32,000 nt of DNA, from assembly GCF_000284455.1 (NCBI RefSeq), contig NC_017039.1:180001-212000 (forward strand), in the 5' to 3' direction. Positions 26,863 through 32,000 of this stretch are shown one piece after another. Positions within the stretch are counted from its first letter, which is position 1, and the number at the start of each line of letters is the position of its first letter. The position numbers and the translations under genes are program-made. This stretch comes from Synechocystis sp. PCC 6803 substr. PCC-P. Its GTDB lineage: Bacteria > Cyanobacteriota > Cyanobacteriia > Cyanobacteriales > Microcystaceae. The notes under the pieces are model-generated. The model saw only the letters and a program-made list of their open reading frames with translations. It was not told where the DNA came from and did no database searches.

Positions 26863-28416
26863 TCAAACTCTCTCCATCGTGGGCTGGGGCCGACTGATAA
26901 GAATATCCAACAACAGTTGCATTTGATAAAGATTAAGGTAGGTGGGAAAATCTAAATGTCCTTTGAGAAGCATTTCCCGATAAATTTCCTGGCATTGTTG
27001 CAGATGTTCCACCATCCAAGGGGCATTATTGCTGCGGTATTGCTGGACTTCTGTTAAACCGCCAATGATTTTGCTCAAATCCTGGTCCTGTTGGCGATTA
27101 ATTTCCGTACGGCATTGTTCGATAAAAACCTCGTTCATGCCCTCAATTTGTTGATATAAATCCGGCGCTAAATTGCCTTCAATCAACATCAGGCGATAGC
27201 TTTGTTTTAAACTTTCAATTTCCCTTAACGCTTCCTGGGGATTTTCCTGGGCCGTTTCCCGCAAATCGGCGATCGCCTGACGGTGGCCCACTAGGAACTT
27301 TTCCGTTTTCCGTTTGCGCCAACCCTGGAGCAAAAAGCCAATGGTGGTAGTGCCCAACAGCATAATGGAGGCGGCCTGGAGGGGTTTGTTCTCCTGAAGA
27401 TAACGTAACCAAGCAATGCGGGGGTCTCCCTCCCGATAGGTACGCATAGCGGCGGGATGAATATACAGCAAGCCCTCATAAAGATTAACCGAACCATTCT
27501 CCGTTGCCAATTTGGGGTAAAACGAAGCGAATTGCCTAGAATTAGCAAAAATTGCCCAGGTCATTAAAGCCACTTTTTCCCGATTCATATTGGGTCTGGT
27601 TAATAAGGCCCCTCCGGTGGAAATGGTCAGAATGTCTTCCGAAGGAAATGGGGGCAACGCACGGTAGGTACCCTGGGGAATATAGGCTTTGCGGTAGGAT
27701 TCAGGAAATTGCAAAGTCAGGTAATTAATGAAGCTTTCGCTCAGGGGCACAAAATCAACATTTTCCACAATGGTCAATTGTTCCCGCACTTCATCGCTGG
27801 CTTTAAACGGCCCCACGTACACCATGGCATCCAAGGGACTGTTGGGCGCAACGAAATTTTGCAAGCCCATACTCAAACCTAACTGGGTATAGGGTTGAAT
27901 GGTCAAATTGGTGGAATCAAATAAGCGGGTGGCGGTGAAGTTGATGCCACTAGCTGGGGGGCCAATGCTGACTTTTTTACCCTCTAGATCTCTTAGGGTA
28001 TTCACATTTTGATTTTTGCGGCCAACGATGTGGGCATATTCTTCAGTCAGAATGGCCACGGCAGCTACATCCCCTGCTTTCATGGCTTCGCTGGCCACGT
28101 CGAGTTGCACCATGGCAAAATCCACTTCCCCGTCCAATAGCCGTTGTAAATTTTGTTGGGAACCCTGGGAATCCTTGTTGTCCACCACAACAAGGTCAAC
28201 GGTGGCCGCTGATTCCTGGATTTGTTGGCCAATGCGAACATAGGCGCTGAGCCCATTGCCAGTGGACAGGGTCACGGTGGCGGGTTTCCTGGTAGTGCAA
28301 CCGACAAACACCAAGGGAAAAAGGGCAATCACAACCACAGCCCAGGGCAGTCGATTTTGGAGTAATTTCTGTAGGGAAAGATTATTTGCCAATGGGGACA
28401 GATTAAAAAAGTTCAA
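26863..28416 (-). CDS. TAXI-family (TRAP-associated) periplasmic solute-binding protein with C-terminal TM and cytoplasmic extension
   Basis: N-terminal lipobox-like VVIALFPLVFVGC; STGNGLSAYVRIGQQI; VSIGPPASGINFTATRLF; VPQGTY-like YIPQGTYRALP; late TM LQAASIMLLGTTTIGFLLQGW. Confidence 0.85.
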   Translation of the reverse strand: MNFFNLSPLANNLSLQKLLQNRLPWAVVVIALFPLVFVGCTTRKPATVTLSTGNGLSAYVRIGQQIQESAATVDLVVVDNKDSQGSQQNLQRLLDGEVDFAMVQLDVASEAMKAGDVAAVAILTEEYAHIVGRKNQNVNTLRDLEGKKVSIGPPASGINFTATRLFDSTNLTIQPYTQLGLSMGLQNFVAPNSPLDAMVYVGPFKASDEVREQLTIVENVDFVPLSESFINYLTLQFPESYRKAYIPQGTYRALPPFPSEDILTISTGGALLTRPNMNREKVALMTWAIFANSRQFASFYPKLATENGSVNLYEGLLYIHPAAMRTYREGDPRIAWLRYLQENKPLQAASIMLLGTTTIGFLLQGWRKRKTEKFLVGHRQAIADLRETAQENPQEALREIESLKQSYRLMLIEGNLAPDLYQQIEGMNEVFIEQCRTEINRQQDQDLSKIIGGLTEVQQYRSNNAPWMVEHLQQCQEIYREMLLKGHLDFPTYLNLYQMQLLLDILISRPQPTMERV

Positions 28417-28548
28417 AACTGGATTGGGTATAAAAGCTATTGGCCCATGGGGGAAAGGGAAAATTCGGCTATCTCCAACCAGTCCTTAAAATTTATTGGA
28501 ATTTAACTGATTATTTTAAGGATGGAATCCCTTGAAGATGGGCCGACC

Positions 28549-29427
28549 TCACCCCACTATGGTAATGGTTGCAAGAGGATTAGCCATTGTTCCAGGAATC
28601 AAGCTGATTTCCATGCCTTCTTTGGCGATCGCCGTGGCGGGAAATTGTTGTTTAGCTCGGTCCCATATGACATCCAACATTGAATCATCATGGCCAGGAT
28701 CGTGGTGGAAGAGGATTAATTGTCTTACCCTGGCAGCCTGGGCCACCTTCACCGCTTCTTGCCAGGTGGAATGGCCCCAACCGACCTTGCTCATCTGGCG
28801 ATCATAATATTCTTCGTCGGTATAGGTGGCATCAATGATCAACACATCTGCATTTTGGGCTAAAGCCAATACATTGTCATCCAGGCGATCGGGAAAATGT
28901 TCTGTATCAGTGATAAAAGCCACTGTAATGCCTTGCCAAGTTACCCGATAACCCATGGCTTCCCCTGGGTGATTTAAAGGCCGGGTCTGCAACTCAATGT
29001 TACCAATCACAACATCTTCCCCCACCTCCAAATCGTAAAAGGCCACAATGCCCTGCATCGTTTGCAACGGCACAGGAAAATTGGGGTGCAACATTTGCTC
29101 ATGGAGCCGTTGTTCAATGGTTGTACCATCGGGGGTCGGTACACCATAAACTCGAAAAAAGTTACCGGGCCGGAAAGCAGGGGTAAAAAATGGAAATCCT
29201 TGGATATGGTCCCAGTGACTATGGGTAAAGAAAATATCGGCCGACACGCTCTCCTGGCTTGAGAGACTATCCCCCAACATCTTGATGCCGGTGCCTGCGT
29301 CAAAAATCAGTCGTTCCCTTCCGATCGCCATTTCCACGCAGGTGGTGTTGCCCCCATAGCGCACTGTGGTTGGCCCTGGACAAGGGATACTACCCCGTAC
29401 TCCCCAAAATTTGATCTTGAATGTCAT
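28549..29427 (-). CDS. MBL-fold metallohydrolase
   Basis: FWGVRGSIPCPGPTTVRYGGNTTC, THSHWDHIQGF, ITDTEH, VLIIDATYTDEEY, LILFHHDPGHDD. Confidence 0.93.
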   Translation of the reverse strand: MTFKIKFWGVRGSIPCPGPTTVRYGGNTTCVEMAIGRERLIFDAGTGIKMLGDSLSSQESVSADIFFTHSHWDHIQGFPFFTPAFRPGNFFRVYGVPTPDGTTIEQRLHEQMLHPNFPVPLQTMQGIVAFYDLEVGEDVVIGNIELQTRPLNHPGEAMGYRVTWQGITVAFITDTEHFPDRLDDNVLALAQNADVLIIDATYTDEEYYDRQMSKVGWGHSTWQEAVKVAQAARVRQLILFHHDPGHDDSMLDVIWDRAKQQFPATAIAKEGMEISLIPGTMANPLATITIVG

Positions 29428-29526
29428 TGGATTGTCACTTCCTCTGGTTCCCCAGCAATGATGGCGGTAACTTCAACTAGACCCAGGCCAAGGGAGTGGC
29501 GAGGAAAGGCCTTCAGCGGGGATTGG

Positions 29527-29826
29527 TTAGCGATGTTCTTCTTGTACTTCCTTGATATTGTTTAATTCATTGACGTGGCCCAACTGGTCACGGACATCGT
29601 CGATAACCAAATTAAGTTGGGCAATTTTGTCTTCCAGGCGACGGCGAGCCAACTCAATATTTTCCTCACTATCGAGATTTCCTACCCCCTCAGTGTCTAA
29701 TTTTTCCCGGTCGGGGCTTTGGGTAGCAGCTCGATTGGCCAGGACAGAACCCAAAATTCCCCCCACTACGCCACCAATGACCGTACCTAATAAAAATCCT
29801 CCGGCGAAGTTATCTTTTTGAGCCAT
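29527..29826 (-). CDS. YtxH-like small membrane-anchored protein
   Basis: 99 aa; GGFLLGTVIGGVVGGILGSVLANRA followed by a charged, helical tail. Confidence 0.75.
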   Translation of the reverse strand: MAQKDNFAGGFLLGTVIGGVVGGILGSVLANRAATQSPDREKLDTEGVGNLDSEENIELARRRLEDKIAQLNLVIDDVRDQLGHVNELNNIKEVQEEHR

Positions 29827-29895
29827 GACTTTACTCCTGTTGTTAACGTTTGGGGGTGAATTTGTAATTATTTGATCACTAGTTTAATGGTGTTA

Positions 29896-30546
29896 TCAAG
29901 TACCAAAGCAACGATCGCCTGCATCCCCTAGGCCGGGCACAATGTAACCCCGGTCATTGAGTTGTTCGTCAATCATGGCGGTGTAGATGGTCAAATTGGG
30001 ATGGGCATTACTTAATTTTTGCAGGGCAGTGGGGGCGGCCACCACGGAGACCAAACGGATTAAATTGGCATCAATGTCCCGGGCCATCAGCAAATCCAAA
30101 GCAGCCATGATGGTATTACCCGTAGCCAACATGGGATCTAGCAACAAAAGATGGGTACCGGGGGCAAACCGCTCCGGCAACTTGTTCAGATACAGACTAG
30201 GTTCCAGGGTAGTTTCATTGCGCACTAAACCCAGATGGTAAATTTTTGCCAGGGGCAACAACCCCTGGGCCCCTTCCACCAGAGCCAACCCCGCCCGCAA
30301 AATGGGCACAATGACAAAGGGCGTTTGGGGGTCAATAAGACTGGCCTTGGCGATCGCCAGGGGAGTTTTCACTTCCGTATCCACCGTCGGCAACCAATAA
30401 CGAGCGGCCTCATAGGTCAACCAACGTCCCAATTCCCCCATGGCAGTTTTAAACAAAACCGGCGGCGTGTTTTCATCCCTAGCTACCCCCAACCAATGCT
30501 TAATTAGAGGATGCTCCGGCACATAAACACGTAATTGAGAAGCCAT
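29896..30546 (-). CDS. upp: Uracil phosphoribosyltransferase
   Basis: VPILRAGLALVEGAQGLLP, HLGLVRNETTLEPSLYLNKLP, LLLLDPMLATGNTIMAALDLL, RGYIVPGLGDAGDRCFGT. Confidence 0.96.
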   Translation of the reverse strand: MASQLRVYVPEHPLIKHWLGVARDENTPPVLFKTAMGELGRWLTYEAARYWLPTVDTEVKTPLAIAKASLIDPQTPFVIVPILRAGLALVEGAQGLLPLAKIYHLGLVRNETTLEPSLYLNKLPERFAPGTHLLLLDPMLATGNTIMAALDLLMARDIDANLIRLVSVVAAPTALQKLSNAHPNLTIYTAMIDEQLNDRGYIVPGLGDAGDRCFGT

Positions 30547-30780
30547 GGGAAAACTTAAAAGTTAATATCTAAAATTTAATTTTGTTAATCTTGGCCGTTG
30601 GGGAACCGAAAAATGGGCTAAAAGTTAGGACGTGGTCTCACCGTCGGTAACAATTCACCGCGGAACTCCACTGTAGCTCAGATCGGGTTACCGGAAGTTG
30701 GGGCATTGGGAAGGGAAAGGTTTTCTGCCATACTTTGGGCAGGGATTTCCCCCAAGTTCAACGACAGACAGGCAAGCATT

Positions 30781-31629
30781 ATGAGCAAACAACCATCCTT
30801 TGACGGCTGGCAGTCCATTGTGGGGGGGCTGATCGCCGCCTTGCTAGTCCTGCTGAGTTTTAACTCCTTTGTGGTGATTAACCCTGGTCAAGCCGGTGTG
30901 TTGAGTGTGTTGGGTAAAGCCCAGGACGGAGCCCTACTAGAAGGCATTCATTTCAAACCGCCCCTGGTATCGTCGGTGGATATTTACGATGTGACGGTGC
31001 AAAAATTTGAAGTGCCGGCCCAAAGCTCCACTAAGGATTTGCAAGATTTGTCTGCCAGCTTTGCCATTAATTTCCGCCTCGATCCCACCGAGGTCGTTAC
31101 CATTCGCCGCACCCAAGGCACGTTACAAAATATTGTCGCCAAGATTATTGCTCCCCAAACCCAGGAATCTTTTAAAATTGCCGCCGCGCGACGCACAGTG
31201 GAAGAAGCCATCACCAAACGGAGCGAGTTGAAGGAAGACTTTGATAACGCCCTTAATTCCCGCCTGGAGAAATACGGCATCATTGTTCTGGACACCAGTG
31301 TGGTGGATTTAGCCTTCTCCCCCGAATTTGCCAAGGCGGTGGAGGAAAAACAAATTGCTGAGCAGAGAGCCCAGCGGGCAGTGTATGTGGCCCAGGAAGC
31401 GGAACAACAGGCCCAGGCGGACATCAACCGAGCCAAGGGGAAGGCAGAAGCCCAACGGTTACTGGCGGAAACTTTAAAAGCTCAGGGGGGGGAATTAGTC
31501 CTACAAAAAGAGGCGATCGAAGCTTGGCGGGAAGGGGGGGCTCCCATGCCCAAGGTTTTGGTGATGGGGGGAGAAGGCAAGGGGTCTGCGGTTCCCTTTA
31601 TGTTTAACCTAACTGACCTGGCTAACTAG
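30781..31629 (+). CDS. Prohibitin/SPFH-domain membrane protein
   Basis: FNSFVVINPGQAGVLSVLGKAQDGALLEGIHFKPPLVSSVDIYDVTVQKFEV..., ITKRSELKEDFDNALNSRLEKYGI, EEKQIAEQRAQRAVYVAQEAEQQAQADINRAKGKAEAQ; ATG 30781. Confidence 0.94.
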   Translation: MSKQPSFDGWQSIVGGLIAALLVLLSFNSFVVINPGQAGVLSVLGKAQDGALLEGIHFKPPLVSSVDIYDVTVQKFEVPAQSSTKDLQDLSASFAINFRLDPTEVVTIRRTQGTLQNIVAKIIAPQTQESFKIAAARRTVEEAITKRSELKEDFDNALNSRLEKYGIIVLDTSVVDLAFSPEFAKAVEEKQIAEQRAQRAVYVAQEAEQQAQADINRAKGKAEAQRLLAETLKAQGGELVLQKEAIEAWREGGAPMPKVLVMGGEGKGSAVPFMFNLTDLAN

Positions 31630-31733
31630 CGGCAGCGGGGAAGTTATAGGTCCCAGGGCTCCTGCCTGACCTTTAGGTCCATTCTTATAATCGGATTAAT
31701 CGGATAACGCCATCTTTTCCACCGAGGTTCCCC

Positions 31734-32000
31734 ATGGCAGGTAACGAGAATATTGCCGAACCCCAGCCGGTCTATACGGGCACCATTCTTTATCCTTCCC
31801 CCAGTCCCTATGCTTTGGCCATTACTCCTCTGGTCCAGCTCAAGAAAATTTTCCAATCCCTCTACACCAGTTTATTAAAAATGATGTGGCAGGAGTTGTG
31901 GGCGGGGGAGGTGCAAAACAATGAAGCTTTCAATCTCATCCTTTTTTTGATTTTTCTGCTTCTTTGTTGGTTAACGTTTAGCTTCCGTACCGCTAGCCAA
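31734..32000 (+). CDS. 5' portion of a conserved hypothetical, probable membrane protein (truncated by window end)
   Basis: ATG 31734 opens 89 codons without a stop to the end of the window (MAGNENIAEPQPVYTGTILYPSPSPYALAITPLVQLKKIFQSLYTSLLKMMW...LILFLIFLLLCWLTFSF). Missing from the ORF track because it has no stop in the window. Confidence 0.7.
   Translation, partial: MAGNENIAEPQPVYTGTILYPSPSPYALAITPLVQLKKIFQSLYTSLLKMMWQELWAGEVQNNEAFNLILFLIFLLLCWLTFSFRTASQ

Larger units (their letters stand above)
1..32000. repeat. Dispersed HIP1 octamers (GCGATCGC)
   Basis: Many exact GCGATCGC sites seen by eye, e.g. near 485, 1136, 9222, 10120, 11446, 13141, 15227, 19450, 21278, 23949, 25422, 28626 and 30352. 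HIP1 over-representation is an established cyanobacterial signature. Confidence 0.85.

Noticed and set aside
30984-31436. 150 aa minus-strand ORF inside the prohibitin-like gene
   Set aside because: Shadow ORF opposite a well-supported SPFH coding sequence, with no recognisable motif.
1-32000. CRISPR array, prophage or defence island
   Set aside because: No regularly spaced direct repeats, integrase, phage structural genes, Cas or restriction-modification genes were seen. The lone Uma2 gene is too common in cyanobacteria to indicate a system.

Overview
The window looks like an ordinary stretch of a unicellular cyanobacterial chromosome. From remembered gene order it is very close to Synechocystis sp. 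PCC 6803 (slr1414-slr1417, sll1041/sll1040, slr1093-slr1107, sll1035/sll1036); these tags are from memory and need a BLAST check. About 24 protein-coding genes and one tRNA-Pro are supported. There is no CRISPR array, prophage or complete IS element. Most genes are housekeeping or conserved cyanobacterial: iscA-like, folK, lpd, Crr6-like NDH-1 assembly factor, ubiX, typA/bipA, upp and an SPFH/prohibitin-like gene. The features most worth a second look are: (1) a row of three paralogous FHA-(PAS)n-GGDEF-EAL proteins that lose PAS domains stepwise and all have degenerate GGDEF signatures; (2) a sensor-kinase-like protein whose expected phosphoacceptor His appears to be Arg, directly upstream of a DUF4350/MoxR pair; (3) a MITE-like palindromic repeat in two inverted copies flanking typA, one of which abuts or supplies the stop codon of the upstream gene, plus a probable third fragment near 16.37 kb; (4) a minus-strand terminator/anti-terminator-like structure between ubiX and a zinc-knuckle protein that may be RelE/ParE-like. 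I found no convincing new multi-gene defence or similar system.
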